Notes: generated from the letters alone by a model not told the origin. DNA of 8,636 nt from an uncultured archaeon (GCA_964463155.1 CAYXAY010000031.1:1-8636), one strand, 5' to 3'. Numbered from the stretch's first letter, positions 1 through 7,065 are shown. Made by a program: numbers and translations.

Positions 1-652
1 CTCAATTCCTTCTTCTTTTGCTGCATCAAACAGCTATTTGCATTGTGCTATTGCCTGATCCCATTGTCCAATATCTCTTTGTTGTGAGCCAACCTGGAAA
101 GACACCCCCTGGATTTAATCCTAGTTTATTTGCTTCAAAAATCAAATAAAAAATCATATCAGTGTGTGCTCCGAATTTTCTAGATAATGGCTAATCAGCT
201 GAACCACCTTCAGTGATTGTTCTAAAGAAAACATTTGATTTTGGGGCGTTCTTTGCAAGTTTTTTGACATCGCTAATTGAATCGCTAACAAACATTCTTA
301 TTCCTTTCTTGTAGGCATAAACAATGTCTTCTTCTTTCTTAATTGCGTTTCCAAAAGATAGCCTATTAGAAGATATCTTTAATTTCAATAATTGGTCTAG
401 TTCATAGATGGTTGCAACATTAAAATAAGAACCTTTCTTTGCAAGCATCTTTAGAAGTTTGTCTTCTGGGTTTGACGTTACTGCAAAATAAACCTTTGCA
501 AACTGCTGGTTCTCTGTCAGTTCATCAGATTTTTGCGAAATCTTTTCAATATCAATTACAAGAAAAGGTGTTTTCTTGCCTTTTGAGAATCTTTTGATTC
601 TTGCAAATTCTGATTTAGTAATATAATCATATGGCGATCTGTTTAAAAACAT
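1..652 (-). pseudogene. Decayed alanine-racemase-fold (group IV) PLP-dependent ornithine/lysine decarboxylase-like gene; 3' part runs off the left edge
   Basis: ORF 191..652 reads TPFLVIDIEKI...AKVYFAVTSNP...GSYFNVATIYELD...SFGNAIKK...FRTITEGGSAD, colinear with bacterial Orn/Lys decarboxylases as I recall them (..YAVKANP.., ..ADWPLSRKFG.., ..GVSFHVGSQQRD..). After the TAG at 191-193 the same frame continues PLSRKFGAHTDMIFYLIFEANKLGLNP. The frame then changes within 105-112 (C5 run at 105-109) to GVSFQVGSQQRDIGQWDQAIAQCK, followed by a TAG at 34-36 and then LFDAAKEEGIE down to base 1. The PLP-binding Lys is replaced (AVTSNP, codon ACG), and the His of FHVGSQ is Gln. AGGAG lies 10 nt upstream of the ATG at 652. 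Confidence 0.75.
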
Positions 653-687
653 AGTTTTTTTTCTCCTCTAAAATGGTAACTGTGCGA

Positions 688-1362
688 TCATTTAAATTTA
701 TAATGAAAATCCAAATTATTTTCCTTCTTTTTTTTTGGCAAGGACTCCAGACCAATTCCACCAAGCAATAGACCAGTAAATAGGCCCCCCAGTAAAGAGT
801 AGCCAAAGTTATTCTGCAATTCATTTCTTAATTTTATAAGTCTTTCTGTTGGAATTTTGTTTAATTCTGTTTTGATGGCAATAAGTTCTTTTTTGCTAAA
901 AATGTTTTCTAGTTTTTCTGGACCTAAAGACAACAAGTATTCTTTGTAATTACCACATTTTGACAAAATCTTTTTCTTTAACACAGGATTTTTTGACATT
1001 TCTTTTTCTACAGCGATAATTTTATTATTAATTATATTTTCAATTGCGGTTCTTTGTTTTTCCGGAATGAATTCAATTATTTGCTTAAATTTTATTTTTC
1101 TAAGATTAGAGCTTTTTATGTCGTCTTTTTCAAAATATTCAATTTTACTTGTCTTTGAACTAACACTTGACAAGCATTCTTCATTGAATTGTTTTAATTC
1201 ATATTCTCTTTTGTTTTTGTTTAGTCTGTCAAGGTCTCTTTTGTTTAACGAGTTATTGATTGCTTTTTGTGAGCCAAAACCAGACAAGGCAGCTAATGCT
1301 ACAATGCCTGCTTGTTTTGCTTTTGTTTTAAGATTACTGCTTTGTAATTTATATTTTGCCAT
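688..1362 (-). CDS. Hypothetical Lys-rich protein, 224 aa, with a C-terminal Gly-rich hydrophobic segment
   Basis: Long minus-strand ORF. Its ATG at 1362 lies 1 nt after the TAA (1364-1366) of the upstream gene, which suggests translational coupling. It has a short N-terminal hydrophobic stretch (AGIVALAALSGFG) and a C-terminal putative TM segment (GYSLLGGLFTGLLLGGIGL). I recognise no family motif. Confidence 0.6.
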   Translation of the reverse strand: MAKYKLQSSNLKTKAKQAGIVALAALSGFGSQKAINNSLNKRDLDRLNKNKREYELKQFNEECLSSVSSKTSKIEYFEKDDIKSSNLRKIKFKQIIEFIPEKQRTAIENIINNKIIAVEKEMSKNPVLKKKILSKCGNYKEYLLSLGPEKLENIFSKKELIAIKTELNKIPTERLIKLRNELQNNFGYSLLGGLFTGLLLGGIGLESLPKKKKENNLDFHYKFK

Positions 1363-1363
1363 G

Positions 1364-1666
1364 TTATTTCTTTTTTTTCTTAAATAGAATCTTTGCTATT
1401 AAAAAGCTGATTCCCCATAACACTACAGTTACTGGAATCACCAACCAAACACCTTTGCCTCCAAATATTGCAAACATTGCAATTATTAGAACCGCAATAA
1501 ACAAAACTGCAAACACCAAGAACATTACCAAAGAAAAATAACTCCAATAGGTCTTGTTTTTATCATATCCGTCTGTCTTTATTACTTGCTTATGTGTTGT
1601 CTTTATTGTCTTCTTTACTTTGTGTTTGATTTCCTTTTTCTTGCCTTTCTTTTTTTTTACTGCCAT
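1364..1666 (-). CDS. Small membrane protein, 100 aa, with a poly-Lys N-terminus and two predicted TM helices
   Basis: The ATG at 1666 lies 3 nt after the TAG (1670-1672) of the DUF1003 gene, and a G7 run just upstream acts as an SD-like element. Sequence: MAVKKKKGKKKEIKHKVKK.., then WSYFSLVMFLVFAVLFIAVLIIAMFAIF and VWLVIPVTVVLWGISFLIAKILF, ending KKKKK. Confidence 0.6.
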   Translation of the reverse strand: MAVKKKKGKKKEIKHKVKKTIKTTHKQVIKTDGYDKNKTYWSYFSLVMFLVFAVLFIAVLIIAMFAIFGGKGVWLVIPVTVVLWGISFLIAKILFKKKKK

Positions 1667-1669
1667 TTT

Positions 1670-2374
1670 CTATCCCCCCCATTTCTTTTTTAATTTCTTT
1701 TTTATATTTTCTTTTTCTTGTTCTTCCATCAAGTCTAATTGTAATTTTTGTATTTCTAGTAATCTTTTCCACTGATGTTGAATTAAGTTATCCATTTTTT
1801 CATGAAGGTGTCTAATTTCAAGTTCTGCTTTAAGATTAATCTTGTAATCGTTTTCTGATCTCAACCTGTCTTTTTGTTCTTTTCTGTTTTGGCTCATCAT
1901 TATTATTGGTGCCTGTATTGCTGCAAGACAGGATAAAAATAGGTTAAGAAGTATAAATGGATAGGGATCAAATGGTCTCGTCATAAGATATATGCTGTTG
2001 ATTATTACCCATATTATCAAGAATATGAAAAATGAAACAATAAATATCCATGAACCGCCAAAATTAGCAACATTATCTGCGAGTTTTTGACCAAAGGTCC
2101 TATCTTCCTTTTCTTGCATTATTTCTGTGACAATTGATTCGTGCTCTAAAAGGCTTTTGACGACAGCTTTATCAATCTTGTTTAATTCTCCTTTTTCTTT
2201 TTTCAAAAGCCCTTCTATATATTCTTTTCTGTATTGTTTTAATTCATCCTTAGTTATAAATCCATCTTCTAATATCTCTGGTGTTTTCTTTTTAATAATT
2301 GCAATGATTTCTGTCCTAACTGTGTCTATTGGAATTTCTCCAATTATTTTTGATTTGTTTTGTGCTTTATCCAT
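1670..2374 (-). CDS. DUF1003 (PF06210-like) family membrane protein
   Basis: The stretch FGGSWIFIVSFFIFLIIWVIINS...RPFDPYPFILLNLFLSCLAAIQAPIIMMSQNRKEQKDRLRSENDYKINLKAELEI matches the conserved DUF1003 core as I recall it (fDPYPFilLNl.lS..AaiqAP.ImmSQNRq..kDr). It is the first gene of a tightly coupled three-gene unit. Confidence 0.85.
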   Translation of the reverse strand: MDKAQNKSKIIGEIPIDTVRTEIIAIIKKKTPEILEDGFITKDELKQYRKEYIEGLLKKEKGELNKIDKAVVKSLLEHESIVTEIMQEKEDRTFGQKLADNVANFGGSWIFIVSFFIFLIIWVIINSIYLMTRPFDPYPFILLNLFLSCLAAIQAPIIMMSQNRKEQKDRLRSENDYKINLKAELEIRHLHEKMDNLIQHQWKRLLEIQKLQLDLMEEQEKENIKKKLKKKWGG

Positions 2375-2510
2375 AATTTATTGCTCTTTAGTTTAGTGTT
2401 GAGGTTAAGAAAATTTAATTAAAATGCATATCGCAGCAAGCATTATCAAGGCATTGCAAGAAATAAATATTATGGATAACCCAATCAATGAATAACTGAT
2501 CACCATTTAT

Positions 2511-2693
2511 CTATTGCCTTCTTTTTTTTGTTGTTTCTTTTCCTTTTTTTACAAACTGTTCACAACCGCCATTAGCAACAACATCTCTTCCAATGCAAGT
2601 GCCTTTGTTCTTATTTGTGACGTTTGGCTTATATCTTTTACAGTTTGAGCAACATTCGTTGCCCCCCCCTTCGCTCCAATATCCTGGGAACAT
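2511..2693 (-). CDS. Small Cys-rich basic protein, 60 aa, possible metal-binding
   Basis: MFPGYWSEGGGNECCSNCKRYKPNVTNKNKGTCIGRDVVANGGCEQFVKKGKETTKKRRQ. It has five Cys (CC-x2-C ... G-x-C ... GGC). GGAG lies 8 nt upstream of the ATG, with AT-rich TATA-like sequence further upstream. The stop is TAG. No family assigned. Confidence 0.55.
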   Translation of the reverse strand: MFPGYWSEGGGNECCSNCKRYKPNVTNKNKGTCIGRDVVANGGCEQFVKKGKETTKKRRQ

Positions 2694-2799
2694 AAATATC
2701 TCTCCATTATGTTTGTTTTTTCTATTATATATAGATAAATTATATTTATATATCTTTTGTTAGTAAAAATTGTTTTTTACTCACAGTCCTCTTTTGTTT

Positions 2800-2816
2800 A
2801 AATCGCGAAGCGATTT
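2800..2816. other. Perfect 7-bp stem / GAA-triloop hairpin (AAATCGC-GAA-GCGATTT) in an intergenic spacer
   Basis: Read directly from the sequence. It is a local GC-containing island in AT-rich spacer between the 131-aa and 60-aa genes. No T-run follows it on either strand. Confidence 0.4.
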
Positions 2817-2855
2817 GGTTCATCCTGTAAAAACGGAAGACAGAATCAACATTAT

Positions 2856-2889
2856 AAAAAAAGAGAAAAAGAAGTAAAACAAAATGACT
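2856..2889 (-). terminator. Poly-T tract (archaeal-style intrinsic terminator candidate) after the 131-aa gene
   Basis: The minus-sense sequence directly after the TAA at 2890-2892 reads AGTCATTTTGTTTTACTTCTTTTTCTCTTTTTTTATAAT, with T4, T4, T5 and T7 runs. Confidence 0.4.
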
Positions 2890-3285
2890 TTACTTTTTAT
2901 TTTTGTCTGCTTGTTTTGTTTTCGTTAAAATGGTGTTATATATTAACAGAGCAAACAATATTTTTACTGTCGTGACTATTGGGAACAATGATAGTTTTAA
3001 CATACCATATACTGCGGTTATTCCAGCAATCATTGGGATTAGGGCTCCTGTGATTATTGCGTAGTAGATTAACTTATCTTTAAAGTTAATGTTAACAACA
3101 ATTAAAGCCACCAGCAAATAAAAGATAATCCTAAACCTGCTTGTTTTTATTTCATTGTCTTGTCTTTCCTTATCTGTTTGTTGATAACAGAAATCACTTG
3201 TTGGGACCCCCTCTTTACAGATGTGGCTTCCTTCTTGGCTACCGCAAGTATTCATTTCTGCCTCTGAAAAATTACAATCTTTCAT
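2890..3285 (-). CDS. Membrane protein, 131 aa, with a Cys-containing N-terminal segment and about three TM helices
   Basis: MKDCNFSEAEMNTCGSQEGSHICKEGVPTSDFCYQQ.. is followed by hydrophobic stretches (FRIIFYLLVALIVVNI, LIYYAIITGALIPMIAGITAVYGML, LFPIVTTVKILFALLIYNTIL). The frame stays open 33 codons upstream (to the stop at 3385-3387) with no ATG/GTG/TTG, so the start is uncertain. Confidence 0.6.
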   Translation of the reverse strand: MKDCNFSEAEMNTCGSQEGSHICKEGVPTSDFCYQQTDKERQDNEIKTSRFRIIFYLLVALIVVNINFKDKLIYYAIITGALIPMIAGITAVYGMLKLSLFPIVTTVKILFALLIYNTILTKTKQADKNKK

Positions 3286-3458
3286 TTCAGTTATTGGAAC
3301 TGGTTTTGCATAGTCATAGCCAGGGTTACATTTATTGTAATCCGGTTCAGACAGAAATATTTTATTAAAATTAAAATAGCAACATCAAACACCTTTGCCT
3401 TTAAGTCTTTGTTTTTTTGTTCTTTCTCTCTGGTTTTTGTCAGAATATTACCTTCAAT

Positions 3459-4817
3459 CTATCTTCTTTTTAAGTATTTCTTTTGTTTTGTCTTTTTCTT
3501 ATGTTTGAAGAAATCAACTCTTTGTTTTGTTCTTTCTTCTTCTGTGTGTTCTCCAAAAATTGCTTTCTTTTTGTTTTCTCTTTGCCTGTCTCTTCCATGT
3601 TTACTAAAATGTTCTTTTCTTTCTCTAAATCTGTTTCTATTGTCTTTGTTTCTTTCTTTGGATCCGTCTTTTTCTTTTTGTGTTCTTTTTAGTGTTATTG
3701 GAGTTATTGCCGGTAGTTTTTTAGAAGAAACAGAATATCCAAATTTCTTACACATTTTTAAGAAATCATCTTCTTCTTTTCCTGTAATTATTGCCACTGC
3801 TTTTCCTTTCTTTCCAGCTCTAGCAGTTCTTCCAATTCTATGTATGTATTGTGTAGGGTCTTTGGGTATATCATAATTGTAAATGTACTCTAGATTATCA
3901 ATATGTATCCCTCTCGCAGAAATGTCTGTAGATATCAATAGCGCATCTAGGTGTTGATGGTATCTTTCAATTGTTCCGCTTCTTTTGTTTTGTTCTAAGC
4001 CACCATGTAATCTAAAGCATTCAATTCTATGTTCTTTAAGATTATTATATATTACATCAACTTCATTTCTAGTATTACAAAACACAATTGCTTTTTTGCT
4101 ATGTTGCTTAACAAGATGTAAAAACAATGCAAATTTCTGATTTTGCTTAACAATATAGTATTCCTGTAAAAGGTTTTTAGGATCAACACATGTTTGAACA
4201 ACAACTCTTTGAGCGTGTGGGATATATCTCTTTTCAAGAGTAGAAACGTCTTGTGTTATTGTTGCTGAAAAGAGAAGGCCTTGTCTCTCTTTAGGCAATT
4301 GTCCAATAATTCGTGAGATGTCTTCAAGAAAGCCCATGTCGCACATTCTATCTGCTTCGTCTAAAACTAGATATTTAATGTCTTCAAGTTTAAGGTTTCC
4401 TCTTTCAATCTGGTCGATTAATCTTCCGGGGGTTCCAATAACTATATCAGAATGTCTTAGATGTCTAGCTTGATGTCCAATTGACGCTCCTCCAACAACT
4501 ACACAAGCCTGCAATTCTTTTACTTTTCCAATCTTTTTTGTTTCTTCAAAGACCTGGTTTGCAAGCTCTCTTGTTGGAACAATTATCAGGCATTGAACTT
4601 TATTTTTTCTAGTAACTGATGGCAAAATTCCTGCTAAAAACGCAATAGTCTTACCTGTTCCTGTTGCAGACTGTGCAATTATGTTTTTTCCTTCAGTTAT
4701 CAAAGGAACCACCTTTGTTTGTATTTCTGTTGGTGTTTTTATGCCAATATGGTGTATTGCTTGAAGTATTTGCTTGTCTTTGACCAAGCCATCAAAGCTT
4801 TCATTAGAACTAGTCAT
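3459..4817 (-). CDS. DEAD-box ATP-dependent RNA helicase with a long Arg/Lys-rich C-terminal tail
   Basis: All the canonical motifs are present in order: Q motif (..GIKTPTEIQ), I (AQSATGTGKT), Ia (PTRELA), Ib (TPGRL), II (DEAD), III (SAT), V (ARGIHID), VI (HRIGRTARAG). The basic tail runs RNKDNRNRFRERKEHFSKHGRDRQRENKKK...KKKTKQKKYLKRR. Confidence 0.95.
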   Translation of the reverse strand: MTSSNESFDGLVKDKQILQAIHHIGIKTPTEIQTKVVPLITEGKNIIAQSATGTGKTIAFLAGILPSVTRKNKVQCLIIVPTRELANQVFEETKKIGKVKELQACVVVGGASIGHQARHLRHSDIVIGTPGRLIDQIERGNLKLEDIKYLVLDEADRMCDMGFLEDISRIIGQLPKERQGLLFSATITQDVSTLEKRYIPHAQRVVVQTCVDPKNLLQEYYIVKQNQKFALFLHLVKQHSKKAIVFCNTRNEVDVIYNNLKEHRIECFRLHGGLEQNKRSGTIERYHQHLDALLISTDISARGIHIDNLEYIYNYDIPKDPTQYIHRIGRTARAGKKGKAVAIITGKEEDDFLKMCKKFGYSVSSKKLPAITPITLKRTQKEKDGSKERNKDNRNRFRERKEHFSKHGRDRQRENKKKAIFGEHTEEERTKQRVDFFKHKKKTKQKKYLKRR

Positions 4818-4840
4818 TTTTTCTCTTTTTTTATTGTTTT

Positions 4841-4853
4841 TATATATTTAAAT
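4841..4853 (-). promoter_or_regulatory. TATA-like box upstream of the helicase gene
   Basis: The minus-sense sequence TTTAAATATATA starts about 24 nt upstream of the ATG at 4817, which would give a very short leader or a leaderless mRNA. Only AT-rich context supports this. Confidence 0.3.
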
Positions 4854-4901
4854 TGCATATACTACATATTATATAATGAACAATTACTTTATAAATGGCG
4901 T

Positions 4902-5567
4902 TTAGAAAGACAATATATCTTTTAATCTTTCTGTCACATCTTTTTTGTAATTTCTAAATTGCATTGTTGCCTTACCTTCTTTTGAGACATCTACCTTTAA
5001 AAATTCTAATTCCCCAGGCAGTTCTACAAATTGGTGGCAATATTTTTCTCCTGAAAGTCTTTGAAATAATGCCGCAATAATTACATCGTGAGTGATGTTT
5101 TCAAAAATTATTTCTTTATTTCCTATTTTGTTTATCCTGTTTGGTAGTTTAAACCGATCTTTTAGTATTTCGTCAGCCATTACTTCAGGTCTTGGAATAA
5201 TCTTTTTAGGAAACTTATCATTAAGCCAAATTTTAATCAAAAGCTCATCAGTAATGCCAATTCTTTTAGCAATATCTCTAAACAAAGTAAGAAAATTGTC
5301 TCTTTTGGTTTCTTTTATTCTTCTGCCAGAAAAATATTTATGTCCGCGCAATATATTTTTTGCTCTGATCGCATAATCTGTTGGTATTAATGCTTCAAGT
5401 AATTCTGCTGTTTTTTTTGTTCTGTTTTCAGGGGAGTAATATATTTTTGTCGGTTCTTTATAATCCCGAGATAATCTAATAGTGTCTTTTATTCCCTTAG
5501 ACGTAATTTCTTTACCATCTGCTGTTTTTTGAGCATGCCTTCTAAAAGATACAGTTACTCTTGCCAT
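4902..5567 (-). CDS. Histidine phosphatase superfamily (phosphoglycerate-mutase-like) protein
   Basis: There is an N-terminal RH motif in VSFRRHAQK (RHA rather than the usual RHG), then YYSPENRTKKTAELL (the SP..R..qTA pattern), and a distal His in ENITHDVIIAALF. The assignment rests on motif pattern only. Confidence 0.55.
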   Translation of the reverse strand: MARVTVSFRRHAQKTADGKEITSKGIKDTIRLSRDYKEPTKIYYSPENRTKKTAELLEALIPTDYAIRAKNILRGHKYFSGRRIKETKRDNFLTLFRDIAKRIGITDELLIKIWLNDKFPKKIIPRPEVMADEILKDRFKLPNRINKIGNKEIIFENITHDVIIAALFQRLSGEKYCHQFVELPGELEFLKVDVSKEGKATMQFRNYKKDVTERLKDILSF

Positions 5568-5740
5568 AATTACCTATATAATAAATTGGGTTTGTGGAAA
5601 CCTCTATATTCCTTAATTGTAACCTAAATAATATATCGGTCTTACAACCTATATATTATGATTTTTTATGATAAATATATTACAACAAATATCTTTTAAT
5701 AGTTTCTATAAGCAAGTTGAACGCGTTTTTGGTGAAGTAA

Positions 5741-6223
5741 GATTGCCTTTTCATTTTTCTAAGTACTCTAACAAGCTTTACAATAACTTTATTATGTATA
5801 TTTGTTGATTTTAAAAGAAAGGCACAACTTTTCTTTCGTCGTTTAACGGAATTGTTAAACGACATAAATGTTTTAAGATTGCTTGGTATCCATAAACTAC
5901 CACACTTTACAACTCTGCAAAAGGGTGTAAGCAGAATAAGTAAAAACATTTTACAAAAACTAGAATATTGTTGGGGCAACAACATTACGGTTCACATACC
6001 ATTTAGAAAACCGCCTAGTTATCATACTATGTCTTATAACAGAATAAAAGCCCTGAAAAGATTTATAACTAAATCATATTACAAAAGATAGGTTATTGAA
6101 TCAGTAATATCTACAATCAAGCGAACCACTGGCGGATTTGTAACTGCTACTAAACAGGATAATCAGCAAAAGCAAGTTATCCTAAAAGTATTAACCTATA
6201 ATCTACAGAACCTAATAAATTAA
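5741..6223 (+). mobile_element. Internally deleted IS transposase remnant (IS4/IS5-like DDE_Tnp_1 type) that keeps only N- and C-terminal segments and has an in-frame TAG
   Basis: The plus-strand frame reads ..KAQLFFRRLTELLNDINVLRLLGIHKLPHFTTLQKGVSRISKNILQKL.. (the typical N-terminal HTH region with 'P.fsTLqk'). It then reads ..ITVHIPFRKPPSYHTMSYNRIKALKRFITKSYYKR, TAG (6089-6091), VIESVISTIKRTTGGFVTATKQDNQQKQVILKVLTYNLQNLIN, stop (6221-6223). This matches the C-terminal 'Y.kRs.vE..fs.iKr.fG......N....e......YNl' signature. The roughly 150-200-aa catalytic DDE core expected between these parts is absent. Confidence 0.6.
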
Positions 6224-6249
6224 AGATAATTTTAAAAAGAATAAGGGGA

Positions 6250-7065
6250 TTAAGGCAATTTTTTCTTAATTACCTTTTTTTCCATTTCTTTGACTTTCTC
6301 ATCTAATCTACTTATCTCTTCATGTATAACTTCTAAAGACACTTCATCTCCTCTTTCTCCTCTTGATGAGTATTCAAATGGATTATCTAAGTCTTTAATC
6401 AATGCAATCATGTAAACCAAAACATAAGTTACCGGAATAACAAAACACAATGCTTCCCAGAATGGTTCAAGTTTGGTTAATATCATTGCAAGTATTACAA
6501 GAGCAGATATTCCTTCAGCTATAGCATATCCAGAAGATATGAAGTTTGTTTCTTTTATTGTGTTGATTCTTGTTATTGTCTTTCTAATATTTCCTTGTTC
6601 TGCCTTCATTCTTGATATTGAGCCGGGAGAAATTTTTTCCAGTTCAATAAAATAATCATTAAACCCTCTGAGTTTAGAATATATTTCTTCTGTTTTTATT
6701 CTTTTATAAAACCAGTCATTAAGACTATGGGAGAAGTCTTTAACATATATTATAAATTCTTTTGCGCTCTCTGCTTGCTTTGTTTTATATATCATTGTTA
6801 GTTCATCTGCAATGTTTTCTAGACTTACTGCTATTTCTCCTGGTAACTTTTCGCTTTCCTTATAATCTGAAAGCACTCCTGCGATTAAGAAACCTAAAAG
6901 AAAGACAGCTGCGCTAACAAGGCTTGGAAGGAAAGGATTTGTTTTTATTATTTCCCAGCCTAAATAATGCACACCGATTTTAAGAAGTATTATTGCAAGG
7001 ACTATAGGTATAATTTGCAAGGTCAATGACCATTTCTTAAATTTCTTTGCAAACTCTTTAAACAT
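6250..7065 (-). CDS. Bestrophin/UPF0187-like (YneE/DUF4239-type) four-TM membrane protein, possible anion channel
   Basis: The topology is 2 TM (IIPIVLAIILLKIGV; LVSAAVFLLGFLIAGVL), then a soluble helical region of about 110 aa, then 2 TM (YAIAEGISALVILAMIL; LCFVIPVTYVLVYMIALI). This is followed by KDLDNPFEY, which resembles the conserved [DE].PFG segment of that family. Coding status is solid. The family call is from memory of motif and topology. Confidence 0.6.
   Translation of the reverse strand: MFKEFAKKFKKWSLTLQIIPIVLAIILLKIGVHYLGWEIIKTNPFLPSLVSAAVFLLGFLIAGVLSDYKESEKLPGEIAVSLENIADELTMIYKTKQAESAKEFIIYVKDFSHSLNDWFYKRIKTEEIYSKLRGFNDYFIELEKISPGSISRMKAEQGNIRKTITRINTIKETNFISSGYAIAEGISALVILAMILTKLEPFWEALCFVIPVTYVLVYMIALIKDLDNPFEYSSRGERGDEVSLEVIHEEISRLDEKVKEMEKKVIKKKLP

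Noticed and set aside
34-193. The two in-frame TAG codons of the decarboxylase read as sense codons (stop-codon reassignment or pyrrolysine)
   Set aside because: TAG cleanly terminates three intact genes in this window: DUF1003 at 1670-1672 (the next ATG is 3 nt later), the 60-aa gene at 2511-2513, and the helicase at 3459-3461. The decarboxylase also carries a frameshift and has lost its catalytic Lys, so decay explains everything.
627-824. Minus-strand ORFs that overlap better genes in another frame: 627..824, 1590..1772, 4052..4237
   Set aside because: Each is nested in or overlaps a longer motif-bearing or operon-consistent ORF on the same strand, namely the 224-aa gene with the decarboxylase start, the DUF1003 / 100-aa gene junction, and the helicase. 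None has independent support.
1446-1460. Exact 15-nt direct repeat CAAACACCTTTGCCT at 1446-1460 and 3386-3400
   Set aside because: One copy lies inside the 100-aa CDS (encoding GGKGVW), and the other lies in the helicase/131-aa spacer. The similarity does not extend into the flanks. A single 15-mer match in a compositionally biased 8.6-kb window is borderline chance. In the minus sense it contains an AAGGTG SD-like core, but the ATG that follows gives only a 4-codon ORF.
2424-2495. 23-aa plus-strand ORF (MHIAASIIKALQEINIMDNPINE) in the DUF1003 / 60-aa gene spacer
   Set aside because: It is too short. The nearest GAGG is about 19 nt upstream, which is poor spacing. It lies on the otherwise non-coding strand, in what is more plausibly the DUF1003 operon promoter region.
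5680-5985. 101-aa minus-strand ORF across the IS region
   Set aside because: The opposite strand carries recognisable transposase N-terminal signatures in the same interval. The minus-strand product has no motif, so it is most likely a shadow ORF.
5611-6255. CCTTAAT / ATTAAGG as terminal inverted repeats of the IS remnant
   Set aside because: The match is only 7 nt in very AT-rich sequence. The right copy overlaps the stop codon of the bestrophin-like gene. No flanking target-site duplication is evident.
1067-6655. Plus-strand ORFs from the track: 1067..1387, 1356..1541, 1554..1775, 2127..2396, 3141..3368, 3409..3876, 3483..3692, 4719..4925, 5092..5376, 6473..6655
   Set aside because: All lie antisense to well-supported minus-strand genes. 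Their products are low-complexity F/L/S/C-rich strings, as expected from reading the T-rich complement of Lys/Glu-rich genes. They have no motifs and no SD or promoter context.
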